A program made the translations under genes and the position numbers. Below are positions 52,701 through 63,077 of a stretch of DNA of 64,000 bases, in pieces. The DNA lies in NCBI RefSeq assembly GCF_023055435.1, contig NW_025963957.1:6820001-6884000 (forward strand). The letters are read 5' to 3'. This DNA comes from Haliotis rufescens (Eukaryota). Each line of letters starts with the position of its first letter. Position 1 is the stretch's first letter. The notes under the pieces are model-generated. The model did no database searches. It was not told the origin of the DNA and saw nothing but the letters and a program-made list of their open reading frames with translations.

Positions 52701-55700
52701 CACATCATGTGGGAGTCAGCCGGGGCTGTTCATCAGATCATGTGGGAGTCAGCGGGGGCCGTTTTTTAGATAATGTGGGAGTCAGCGGGGGCCGTTCATT
52801 AGATCATGTGGGAGTCAGCGGGGGCCGTTCATCACATCATGTGGGAGTCAGCGGGGGCCCTTCATCACATCATGTGGGAGTAAGCGTGGGCCGTTCATCA
52901 GTTCATGTGGGAGTCAGCCGGGGCTGTTCATCAGATCATGTGGGAGTCAGCGGGGGCCCTTCATCAGATAATGTGTGAGTCAGCGTGGGCCGTTCATCAG
53001 ATCATGTGGGAGTCAGCGTGGGCCGTTCATCAGATCATGTGGGAGTCAGCGGGGGCCGTTCATCACATCATGTGGGAGTCAGCCGGGGCCGTTCATCACA
53101 TCATGTGGGAGTCAGCGGGGGCCGTTCATCACATCATGTGGGAGTCAGCGGGGGCCGTTCATCAGATCATGTGGGAGTCAGCGGGGGCTCTTCATCACAT
53201 CATGTGGGAGTCAGCGGGGGCCGTTCATCACATCATGTGGGAGTCAGCCGGGGCCGTTCATCAGATCATGTGGGAGTCAGAGTGGGCCGTTCATCAGATC
53301 ATGTGGGAGTCAGCGGGGGCTCTTCATCAGATCATGTGGGAGTCAGCGGGGGCGTTCATCACATCATGTGGGAGTCAGCCGGGGCCGTTCATCACATCAT
53401 GTGGGAGTCAGCGGGGGCCCTTCATCAGATCATGTGGGAGTCAGCGGGGGCCCTTCATCAGATCATGTGGGAGTCAGCTGGGACTCTTCATCAGATCATG
53501 TGGGAGTCAGCCGGGGCCGTTCATCAGATCATGTGGGAGTCAGCGTGGGCCGTTCATCAGATCATGTGGGAGTCAGCGGGGGCCGTTCATCAGATCATGT
53601 GGGAGTCAGCCCGGGCCGTTCATCACATCATGTGGGAGTCAGCGGGGGCTGTTCATCACATCATGTGGGAGTCAGCGGGGGCCATTCATCAGATCATGTG
53701 GGAGTCAGCCGGGGCCGTTCATCAGATCATGTGGGAGTCAGCGGGGGCCCTTCATCAGATCATGTGGGAGTCAGCGGGGGCTCTTCATCACATCATGTGG
53801 GAGTCAGCGGGGGCCGTTCATCAGATCATGTGGGAGTCAGCGTGGGCCGTTCATCAGATCATGTGGGAGTCAGCTAGGGCTCTTCATCACATCATGTGGG
53901 AGTCAGCGGGGGCCCTTCATCACATCATGTGGGAGTCAGCCGGGGCTGTTCATCAGATCATGTGGGAGTCAGCGGGGGCCGTTTTTTAGATAATGTGGGA
54001 GTCAGCGGGGGCCGTTCATTAGATCATGTGGGAGTCAGCGGGGGCCGTTCATCACATCATGTGGGAGTCAGCGGGGGCCCTTCATCACATCATGTGGGAG
54101 TAAGCGTGGGCCGTTCATCAGTTCATGTGGGAGTCAGCCGGGGCTGTTCATCAGATCATGTGGGAGTCAGCGGGGGCCCTTCATCAGATAATGTGTGAGT
54201 CAGCGTGGGCCGTTCATCAGATCATGTGGGAGTCAGCGTGGGCCGTTCATCAGATCATGTGGGAGTCAGCAGGGGCCCTTCATCACATCATGTGGGAGTC
54301 AGCGGGGGCTGTTCATCAGATCATGTGGGAGTCAGCGGGGGCTCTTCATCACATCATGTGGGAGTCAGCGGGGGCTGTTCATCACATCATGTGGGAGTCA
54401 GCGGGGGCCCTTCAGATCATGTGGGAGTCAGCGGGGGCTCTTCATCACATCATGTGGGAGTCAGCGGGGGCCGTTCATCACATCATGTGGGAGTCAGTGG
54501 GGGCTGTTCATCACATCATGTGGGAGTCAGCGGGGGCCCTTCATCAGATTATGTGGGAGTCAGCCGGGGCCGTTCATCACATCATGTGGGAGTCAGCGGG
54601 GGCCGTTCATCACATCATGGTTGAGCCAGCGGGGGCCGTTCATCACATCATGTGGGAGTCAGCGGGGGCCGTTCATCAGATCATGTGGGGCTGCTTCCAT
54701 CTTTTCCTCAGCTCAAACCTAGATGAGGACAACCTCACAAAGTGAATATCCATTCTGTGACTGTAAAACAATTGTTCATAGCGCATTAATAGAAAATTAT
54801 ATCTCTTGGGAAAAGACTACATAACTGCGTGGGTAAGAATTTGTGGGTGTGGGTGGGTGTGTGCGGGCGCACGGTAGAGTGGGTGAATTCAGAATGCCTG
54901 AAATTTGGTTTCTATACATTTAGTTGTATTTTATAAAAATGTTCTTCCTTCCCCATCCCCCTCATGTCTGATTTGTGGGTTTCTGCAGGGTGAGTTAATT
55001 GTTTTTGTTGCAGGGTGAGTTAATTGTTTGTGTTGCTTGTTGCAGGGTGAGTTAATTGTTTTTGTTGCAGGGTGAGTTAATTGTTTGTGTTGCTTGTTGC
55101 AGGGTGAGTTAATTGTTTGTGTTGCTTGTTGCAGGGTGAGTTAATTGTTTGTGTTGCTTGTTGCAGGGTGAGTGTATTGGAGGAGCCGTGCTCAGTCTGC
55201 TGCATGAGAAGACGTCCACGCTGATCGGGTAAACACAGCTCCTAGGCAGGAGAAACATTTGTTGGAATAAGTTGTCTAGTCTTACACTAGGCACACTAAT
55301 AGGCTGATCACCTACCCAGTACCTGACAGCTTCTCAAGTACCACACGAGTCGCCCGGATGGCCCAGTGGTCTAAGGTGCACTTTGTTGGTCCAGGTTCTG
55401 CTGGTCAGGGGTTTGAATCCCGGTTAACCCTGACCATGATCCCTGGTGTTGTCATGTCATGTATCAAAGGAAGCTACAGATCTTATGTTAGTGCAGAGTA
55501 AGCGTAAGTGGATAATAAAAATAAAAGCACCTGTTTACTTGTTTGGATTGGATCCGTTATGTTTCCTGTTTGGTATCTGGGTTTTGGGTGCTTGTTATGT
55601 CGTTTGTGATATTTCTGATGTAAGGATGAAATGGTTTTGTTTGAGATATGTTGTCTTCTCTTCTTGCAGTGATGCTAAAAGTCAAGAGCTGTGCCTCTAC

Positions 55701-58700
55701 CTAACACAGTCGGTGAGTACAGCTTGATCTCGCGAGTCTTCAAACCAGTAAACCCACTTGAATAATGAGAAAGTAAAGAATACAAAGGGGATTTACCCAT
55801 GAGTTGTTAATCTTAATATTTGCTCATCCATTTTTTGGTTGAAGTCACTGTGGTCATCTAAAGCTGTTCCACAGTCAGTAGGGACACCAGTCTGAATGGT
55901 TGTATGGTAGAGTTGTCTTCTTCTTCTTTATGCTGTGGGAACGGTCATTACGGGAATCTTGACATCTCTAACTCCACATGTAGTGACAATTATATTGTTG
56001 TGTATGTCTTCAGGAATGCCATCATAATGGATTTTAAAAACTTTTATGACAAACTTTCTATTTCCCAGATGAATTTAATGTTTTGTTCGTTTAGGCAGAT
56101 TTGTTCGACATTGCACAAATGGAAAAGTACTCCACTTTCCTTGTATATTCTTATTGTACCAGTTACATGACAGTTGAAATAATAGGGACATTTTAATTGA
56201 AAAACAGGAAATAATTTAGTTGGTGTTAAGAGTATTCGGCGTAACGACAGTCATTACATGCTTGTAAACATGACGGTCAGTCGGTTGTGAGTTCAACTCC
56301 AGGCCTGGTTGTAGGCTGCCTAGCACTGTGGGGAGCTGTGAGTGTTGGCAGTGATAGCATAGAGAACTCTGCGAACAGGGTGTCACTGGGGAACTGTGAC
56401 TGGTCGCAGTGATAGCGTAGAGAACTCCGCGAACAGGGTGTCACTGTGAGGAACTATGATTGGTCGCAGTGATAGCGTAGAGAACTCCGCGAACAGGGTG
56501 TCACTGTGAGGAACTGTGATTGGTCGCAGTGATAGCATAGAGAACTCCACGAACAGGATGTCACTGTGGGGAACTGTGACTGGTGGCATTTGTAGCGTAG
56601 AGAACTCCGCGAACAGGGTGTCACTGTGGGGAACTGTGACTGGTCGCAGTGGTAGCATAGAGAACTCCGCGAACAGGGTGTCACTGTGGGGAACTGTGAC
56701 TGGTCGCAGTGATAGCGTAGAGAACTCCACGAACAGGGTGTCACTGTGAGGAACTATGATTGGTCGCAGTGATAGCGTAGAGAACTCCGCGAACAGGGTG
56801 TCACTGTGAGGAACTGTGATTGGTCGCAGTGATAGCGTAGAGATCTCCACGAACAGGATGTCACTGTGGGGAACTGTGACTGGCGGCATTTGTAGCGTAG
56901 AGAACTCCGCGAACAGGGTGTCACTGTGGGGAACTGTGACTGGTCGCAGTGGTAGCGTAGAGAACTCCGCGAAATGGGTGTCACTGTGGGGAACTGTGAC
57001 TGGTCGCAGTGATAGCGTAGAGAACTCCGCGAACAGGGTGTCACTGTGGGGAACTGTGACTGGTCGCAGTGATAGCGTAGAGAACTCCGCGAACAGGGTG
57101 TCACTGTGGGGAACTGTGACTGGTCGCAGTGGTAGCATAGAGAACTCCGCGAACAGGGTGTCACTGTGGGGAACTGTGACTGGTCGCAGTGATAGCGCAG
57201 AGAACTCCGTGAACAGGGTGTCACTGTGGGGAACTGTGACTGGTGGCAGTGGTGGCGTAGAGAACTCCGCAAACAGGGTGTCATTGTGGGGAACTGTGGC
57301 AGTGGTAGCGTAGAGAACTCTATGAACGGCTGTCACTGTGCGGAGCTTGATGCCCTTTGTACCTGCTGCTGTGTATAGTTAAAGGTGTCTCAGTCTTCAG
57401 CAATATGATATGTGAAGTGAAAGGGATCGAAATAAAACCGTTGATGGTTTGTTTACAGGCTTGTGTTCCGTACTTCGAGATCTTGGAGAAGTGGATCTAC
57501 AAAGGCATTATATCCGACCCTTACACTGAGGTTTGTACTTGTCATAGATTATACCTACCTACCTACCTACATACATATATATATCTTTACTCTGACCCTC
57601 CACAGAGATCATGTCAACCAATCATTATGAAACCATTTGGCAATGGCCATTTTGTGTGGTGGATGGCTTGCACTATGGTTTTATTTCTCCAACTCCAGAC
57701 AGTTGTAAGAGTATTGTCCAAGATCACAGTTGAAATATTTTTGAAAGCTGACATCTGATTGGCCCTAAGCCCCACTATTGGTGGTAGAAGTTCCCCTGAG
57801 ATGTGGTGGGTTTGTCAGATGTTCACGGAGAAGGTGAACTATACATCTGATTTTTGAAAAACGACTGAATTCATCTTCAGTGCAATATCTCTAATGGGCA
57901 AGAAATCTGTTGATGTGTGACACAAGCCATATGTGTAGGCTGGGATGTGCCGTGCACCAAGTGTCCTTGTGTTTATGGAGCCGTGCAGCAAGTGGTCTTT
58001 GTTTCAGTTTCTGGTGGAGGAGAACGAGACCATTCAGAAGGAGAAACTACAGGAGGAGTACAACGATGCATATCCTTTCTGGATCTTGTCAAAAAATAAA
58101 AACTTTGAAAATATCATTCCACTATGGAAAAAGCTGAATGAAACAATGTCTGATTTTATTATTCCTCTGAAAACAATGAATAGAATAAGTGAATAAGAAT
58201 ACTTTGTTAAGAACAAATTAAGAAGTGCTCTTTAAGGATGGCAGAACTAAGACTTCTCTATTCCATTCTTTGTGTACGTCAACCTTAAACTTTGTAAGTT
58301 ATTCCAATGTGAGTTTAGGTAATGGTAGGTCTTAGCAAGCCTTCTGGCTAACAAGGGCAAAAGTTGTATTCTGCAACAAGGCGCATACATCACCTTGATT
58401 ATGCTGCATACTGGTACAGTGAAATTGTATAATCACTATACGCAGGAGACTTTGAGTCAGTGCATTAAGCCATGCATACACTTATGTTGAGTGTCCCTTG
58501 TGGTATAAGCCACGTATACACGGGATGTGAGTGTCCCTAGTGCTTTAAGCCACATATACACTGTATGTTGAGTGTCCCTAGTGCTTTAAGCCATGTATAC
58601 ACTGTATGTTGAGTGTCCCTAGTGCTATAAGCCATGTATACACTGTATGTTGAGTGTCCCTTGTGGTATAAGCCACGTATACACTGGATGTGAGTGTTCC

Positions 58701-61700
58701 AAGTGCTTTAAGCCACGTATACACTGTATGTTGAGTGTCCCTAGTGGTATAAGCAACGTATACACTGGATGTTGAGTGTCCCTAGTGCTATAAGCCACGT
58801 ATACACAGTATGTTGAGTGTCCCTACTGTTATAAGCCATGTATACACTACGTTGAGTGTCCCTAGTGCTATACGCCTCTGTCCCTAGTGCTATAAGCCAC
58901 GTATACACTGTATGTTGAGTGTCCTAAGTGCTATAAGCCACTGTCCCTAGTGCTATAAGCCATGTATACCCTGTATGTTGAGTGTCCCTAGTGCTATAAG
59001 CCATGTATACACTGTATGTTGAGTGTCCCTAGTGCTATAAGCCATGTATACCCTGTATGTTGAGTGTCCCTAGTGCTATAAGCCATGTATACACTGTATG
59101 TTGAGTGTCCCTAGTGCTATAAGCCACGTATACACTGTATGTTGAGTGTCCCTAGTGCTATAAGCCATGTATACACTGTATGTTGAGTGTCCCTAACTGT
59201 GCCACCTACTGGGAGCAGCACTACACCATCTGTAGAGAGAGGATCCCTGTGTTCCTGGAGACGATGGCAGACAAGATCCTCAACACCGGGAAGTACCTCA
59301 ACGTGGTCCGACTCTGTGGTAGGTGATCTCACCAGTGATATGTTTACAAAGAAGTTGTGGGTTCTGCCCCCGGTAACCCATGCTTATTGTAAGAGGTGAC
59401 TACATGGACTGGGTGGTCAGGCCCGGAGACATGGCTGATGGCACGTCACTGTACCCGGATGCATGGACTGGGTGGTCAGGCCTAGAGACATGGCTGATGG
59501 CACGTCACTGTATCCGGATGCATGGACTGGGTGGTCAGGCCTAGAGACATGGCTGTTGTCACGTCACTGTATCCGGATGCATGGACTGGGTGGTCAGGCC
59601 GGAGACATGGCTGATGGCACGTCACTGTACCCGGATGCATGGACTGGGTGGTCAGGCCTAGAGACATGGCTGATGGCACGTCACTGTATGCGGATGCATG
59701 GACTGGGTGGTTAGGCCTAGGAGACATGGACTGCGTGGTCAGGCCCGGAGACATGGCTGATGGCACGTCACTGTATCCGGATGCATGGACTGGGTGGTCA
59801 GGCCTAGAGACATGGCTGTTGTCACGTCACTGTATCCGGATGCATGGACTGGGTGGTCAGGCCCAGAGACATGGCTGATGGCACGTCACTGTATCCGGAT
59901 GCATGGACTGGGTGGTCAGGCCTAGAGACATGGCTGATGGCACGTCACTGTATCCGGATGCATGGACTGGGTGGTCAGGCCCGGAGACATGGCTGATGGC
60001 ACGTCACTGTATGCGGATGCATGGACTGGGTGGTTAGGCCTAGAGACATGGACTGCGTGGTCAGGCCCGGAGACATGGCTGATGGCACATCACTGTATCC
60101 GGATGCATGGACTGGGTGGTCAGGCCTAGAGACATGGCTGTTGTCACGTCACTGTATCCGGATGCATGGACTGGGTGGTCAGGCCCGGAGACATGGCTGA
60201 TGGCACGTCACTGTATCCGGATGCATGGACTGGGTGGTCAGGCCTAGAGACATGGCTGATGGCACGTCACTGTATCCGGATGCATGGACTGGGTGGTCAG
60301 GCCCAAAGACATGGCTGATGGCACGTCACTGTATCCAGATGCATGGACTGGGTGGTCAGGCCCGGAGACATGGCTGATGGCACGTCACTGTATCCGGATG
60401 CATGGACTGGGTGGTCAGGCCCAAAGACATGGCTGATGGCACGTCACTGTATCCGGATGCATGGACTGGGTGGTCAGGCCTAGAGACATGGCTGATGGCA
60501 CGTCACTGTATCCGGATGCATGGACTGGGTGGTCAGGCCCGGAGACATGGCTGATGGCACGTCACTGTATCCGGATGCATGGACTGGGTGGTCAGGCCCA
60601 AAGACATGGCTGATGGCACGTCACTGTATCCGGATGCATGGACTGGGTGGTCAGGCCCGGAGACATGGCTGATGGCACGTCACTGTATCCGGATGCATGG
60701 ACTGGGTGGTCAGGCCCAGAGACATGGCTGATGGCACGTCACTGTATCCAGATGCAAGGACTGGGTGGTCAGGCCTAGAGACACGGCTGATGGCACGTCA
60801 CTGTACCCGGATGCATGGACTGGGTGGTCAGGCCGGAGACATGGCTGATGGCACGTCACTGTATCCGGATGCATGGACTGGGTGGTCAGGCCGGAGACAT
60901 GGCTGATGGCACGTCACTGTACCCGGATGCATGGACTGGGTGGTCAGGCCCAGATGCATGGACTGGGTGGTCAGGCCTAGAGACATGGCTGTTGTCACGT
61001 CACTGTATCCGGATGCATGGACTGGGTGGTCAGGCCGGAGACATGGCTGATGGCACGTCACTGTATCCAGATGCATGGACTGGGTGGTCAGGCCTAGAGA
61101 CATGGCTGATGGCACGTCACTGTATGCGGATGCATGGACTGGGTGGTTAGGCCTAGGAGACATGGACTGGGTGGTCAGGCCCGGAGACATGGCTGATGGC
61201 ACGTCACTGTATCCAGATGCATGGACTGTTGCTTATAGCATCAACCACAGTTTTGTGTATTGTCTACATTTTTGACCAGTTTCACTGATAAATACACCCA
61301 ACCTTCATCAACTACATAAAGCTGACACTGTGATGTGGTTGAAATATGATGGACCTGATAGGCATGGGGTTTAGTGAAGAAAGGAGAGGTGTTTTGACTT
61401 AAGGTGTGGAAGTGGTCAGGGTTCAAGATTCTTCTCATTTGAGCCAAGGGTGTAGTTATGGGTAGTTTGTTGTTTTAGATACGTAGTTCCTTTGGCGATG
61501 TTAATCATATGAATGGGGGTACAGGAGGCCCGGTCGTCTAAGACGCCGCATTTCACAGCGTAGAGTTGCGCTCCTTGTGCACTCCAGAAATCTATGGTTG
61601 TGGCTTCAAATCCCGGTTCACCCCGATTATGTTTCTAGGTTTGTTAGCACCATACTCGTGGTTTTACCAAAGTGTTAAACGTCTGAGACCTGCATCACTT

Positions 61701-63077
61701 GGGGCTGTCCTCCCACATTAAGCTGAAATGTCGTGATATGACTGGAATACTGGTCAAAGTGGTTATAAACCCAACTCAATCACATATGGAGCCAGTGATG
61801 AATGTACTTTTGCACATGTGGTAAAAAGCCTGGAAGCTGCTGGCCATATGAATGGCAGTATTGAATTCAGGTATTGAATAGGGTATTAATGAGCTCTGTG
61901 AAAACGAAGGGCAAACCTTCTAAACTATGAGTATTGAGTTAAGAATGTGCATACCTGAACATCCCTATGGGTTCTGCCTCCCAAATAAAATACGTCTGTA
62001 TCCTTGGTATTTGCAGCTCGTGATGTGAAGTGTCCGTATGCCGAGGAGATTGTGTACACTCTGAAGGAGAGGCGGTACTATGACCAGATAGATAAAGCGT
62101 ATCACTACGCCAGCCGCCTCCTGCTCGACCTCCTCATGGAGGAGAAGGAACTCATGGCTCGCATCAGGTGAGGAGGTCACAGACTTTCTGAAGGTCTTCA
62201 AGGCAAGAAATGAGATGTATTTCAGAACGGATCCCAGTGGTCAACAAAGAAAGACGGACTTCCGGTCATCAGCATCAGTTTGGGGTTAAACGATCCGGCC
62301 CCCCCAAAAACCTTTCTTGTTGTATTTCAATTGACCATGTTGACCCACACATTGATACATCTTACATCTAATAGGCGTAAACATTGAACCAAATGAATGC
62401 ACTACTTCCTGCTGTGTTTCAGGTCAATAAAGCACTACTTCCTGCTGTGTTTCAGGTCAATAAAGCACTACTTCCTGCTGTGTTTCAGACCAATAAAGCA
62501 CTACTTCCTGCTGTGTTTCAGGTCAATAAAGCACTACTTCCTGCTGGACAAGGGCGACTTCATGGTGCAGTTCATGGACATGACGGAGGAGGAGATGAAG
62601 CAGAACATCGAAGATATCCTTGACTTGTTTGATAGGCATTACTTGGAAGTTGACGGACGACAAAGTAGACACAATTTTTGGATAATAACTTCTTTAATAC
62701 AGTAAAAGGACATATATAACGGTATAAGGATCTAAACTGAAACATCGCCTTTACAGTATTAAAGAAATTGTTATCCATAAATTCTGTCTACTTTGTCGTT
62801 AACACTTCTTTGAACGGTAGTTGTGTCAAAGTGTTGCAGGACGTAGATATTTACCATTTGGTGAAACTCAGGACTAGAAGCAGTCCCTGTGAAGCAATGT
62901 TTAAAATCAGTATTGTATTTTGTTGCATGTTTAATGTCAGGTGAAGTGTGATATCATTTTGAGATATTAGAATTCCTTAACCCACGTACATATCATGCCG
63001 ACTCGTCTCGAGTCCCTCTTGGAGCTGGCTCTCAGGACAAGCACAGCAAACGTGGACCCCTTCAAGGACGACCTCAG
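40797..63077 (+). CDS. TUBGCP2: Gamma-tubulin complex component 2 (GCP2), 5' 21 coding exons (577 codons), continues past window
   Basis: Exons 40797-40849, 41440-41521, 42145-42236, 43600-43657, 43924-44055, 44144-44243, 44328-44416, 44680-44757, 45055-45136, 46707-46784, 49607-49674, 49881-49925, 51675-51767, 55167-55228, 55670-55712, 57459-57530, 58008-58069, 59206-59318, 62017-62167, 62522-62613, 62990-63077, with phases consistent. Peptides MSEFKVHHHVSEL, FEYGLVNHAL, LSLQKLWFYIQP, PYFEILEKWIYKG, KILNTGKYLNVVR, RSIKHYFLLDKGDF, DPFKDDL are characteristic of GCP2. Confidence 0.96.
40929..41046. repeat. 16-bp minisatellite, about 7 copies
   Basis: GACCTAGTGCAACGAA. Confidence 0.9.
41567..41944 (+). 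mobile_element. tRNA(Leu-like)-headed SINE with internal 29-bp tandem expansion
   Basis: Head GGTGGCCGAGTGG...GGTTTGAACCCC, body CCTCCCACATTAAGCTGACA, (CACT)n tail. TGATATAACTGGAATACTGTTCAAAGTCG x4 at ~41802-41914. Relatives at 61525-61785, 15620-15742 and a head at 55350-55435. Confidence 0.7.
42612..42977. mobile_element. hAT-like MITE
   Basis: Ends TATGGCTGGGAC and GTCCCAGCCATG; 8-bp TSD ATATTGAC/ATATGGAC (7/8). Confidence 0.7.
43085..43575. mobile_element. Palindromic MITE with ~100-bp imperfect TIRs
   Basis: CAATCTCGTTAAGATCAAATCTTAGTTCTCG pairs with CGAGAACTAAGATCTGATTTTCATGAGATTG, and pairing continues inward. Confidence 0.75.
44533..44592. repeat. (CACCT)n microsatellite
   Basis: Seen directly in the sequence. 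Confidence 0.95.
45114..46008 (+). repeat. 58-bp minisatellite, about 15.4 copies, copying a TUBGCP2 exon end and donor
   Basis: GTTCATGATAGATGAGGGTCTAG|GTGAGTCGCTGCAAGATATGTACCGTGTTATTGTG; the first unit is the real exon end. Confidence 0.97.
46170..46625. mobile_element. hAT-like MITE
   Basis: Ends TAGGGCTGCAACGA and TCGTAACAGTCCTA; perfect 8-bp TSD TTGCTGAC; subterminal GAATA repeats. Confidence 0.85.
46937..49262. repeat. Compound 11/12-bp minisatellite
   Basis: Interleaved modules GTGTCCCATGCA, GTGTAACCTG(C/G)A and GTCCCATCAAT. Confidence 0.95.
49949..50368. repeat. Degenerate 11-bp-based repeat
   Basis: TGATCC(A/T)TGTA variants grouped in 33- and 66-bp blocks. Confidence 0.85.
51787..54688. 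repeat. 33-bp intronic minisatellite, about 88 copies
   Basis: GTGGGAGTCAGCGGGGGCCGTTCATCAGATCAT; higher-order duplication with a 1220-bp offset (52761 vs 53981). Confidence 0.97.
54984..55173 (+). repeat. 25/32-bp repeat copying a TUBGCP2 acceptor and exon start (7 copies)
   Basis: GCAG|GGTGAGT at 54985, 55010, 55042, 55067, 55099, 55131 and 55163; the last is the real acceptor. Confidence 0.95.
56325..57340. repeat. 60-bp minisatellite, about 16 copies
   Basis: TGGTCGCAGTGATAGCGTAGAGAACTCCGCGAACAGGGTGTCACTGTGGGGAACTGTGAC; 300-bp higher-order period. Confidence 0.97.
58070..59205 (+). other. U12-type (minor spliceosome) AT-AC intron in TUBGCP2
   Basis: 5' end ATATCCTTT; branch-point-like GTCCCTAAC at 59189-59197; ends in GCCAC. 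Removal restores ...YNDA/YWEQHY... in frame. Confidence 0.9.
58460..59195 (+). repeat. 41-bp minisatellite running into the U12 branch point
   Basis: GTGTCCCTAGTGCTATAAGCCA(T/C)GTATACACTGTATGTTGA. Confidence 0.95.
59403..61228 (+). repeat. ~59-bp minisatellite derived from a SINE body, about 31 copies
   Basis: CATGGACTGGGTGGTCAGGCCTAGAGACATGGCTGATGGCACGTCACTGTATCCGGATG. Confidence 0.95.
61525..61785 (+). mobile_element. Same SINE family as 41567-41944
   Basis: Colinear similarity over the whole length. Confidence 0.7.
62399..62546 (+). repeat. 33-bp in-frame repeat copying a TUBGCP2 acceptor and exon start
   Basis: GTCAATAAAGCACTACTTCCTGCTGTGTTTCAG; acceptor AGs end at 62422, 62455, 62488 and 62521. 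Confidence 0.95.
62614..62989 (+). other. U12-type AT-AC intron in TUBGCP2
   Basis: 5' end ATATCCTTG; perfect U12 branch point TTCCTTAAC at 62973-62981; ends in GTAC. Removal restores ...NIED/IMPTRLESLLELALR in frame. Confidence 0.93.
62626..62800. mobile_element. Penelope-like palindromic element, third copy, inside the U12 intron
   Basis: Inverted arms ACGACAAAGTAGACACAATTT...AAATTCTGTCTACTTTGTCGT; central AACGGTATAAGGATCTAAACTGAAACATCGCC. Confidence 0.6.

Noticed and set aside
51476-54745. Gly/Ser/His-rich ORFs resembling shell or structural proteins
   Set aside because: They lie in a TUBGCP2 intron, are open in several frames and have no signal peptide. Only the exon read-through frame is kept as a low-level finding.
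56383-57336. 317-aa mucin-like ORF on the minus strand
   Set aside because: It coincides exactly with the 60-bp intronic array and has no unique flanking coding sequence.
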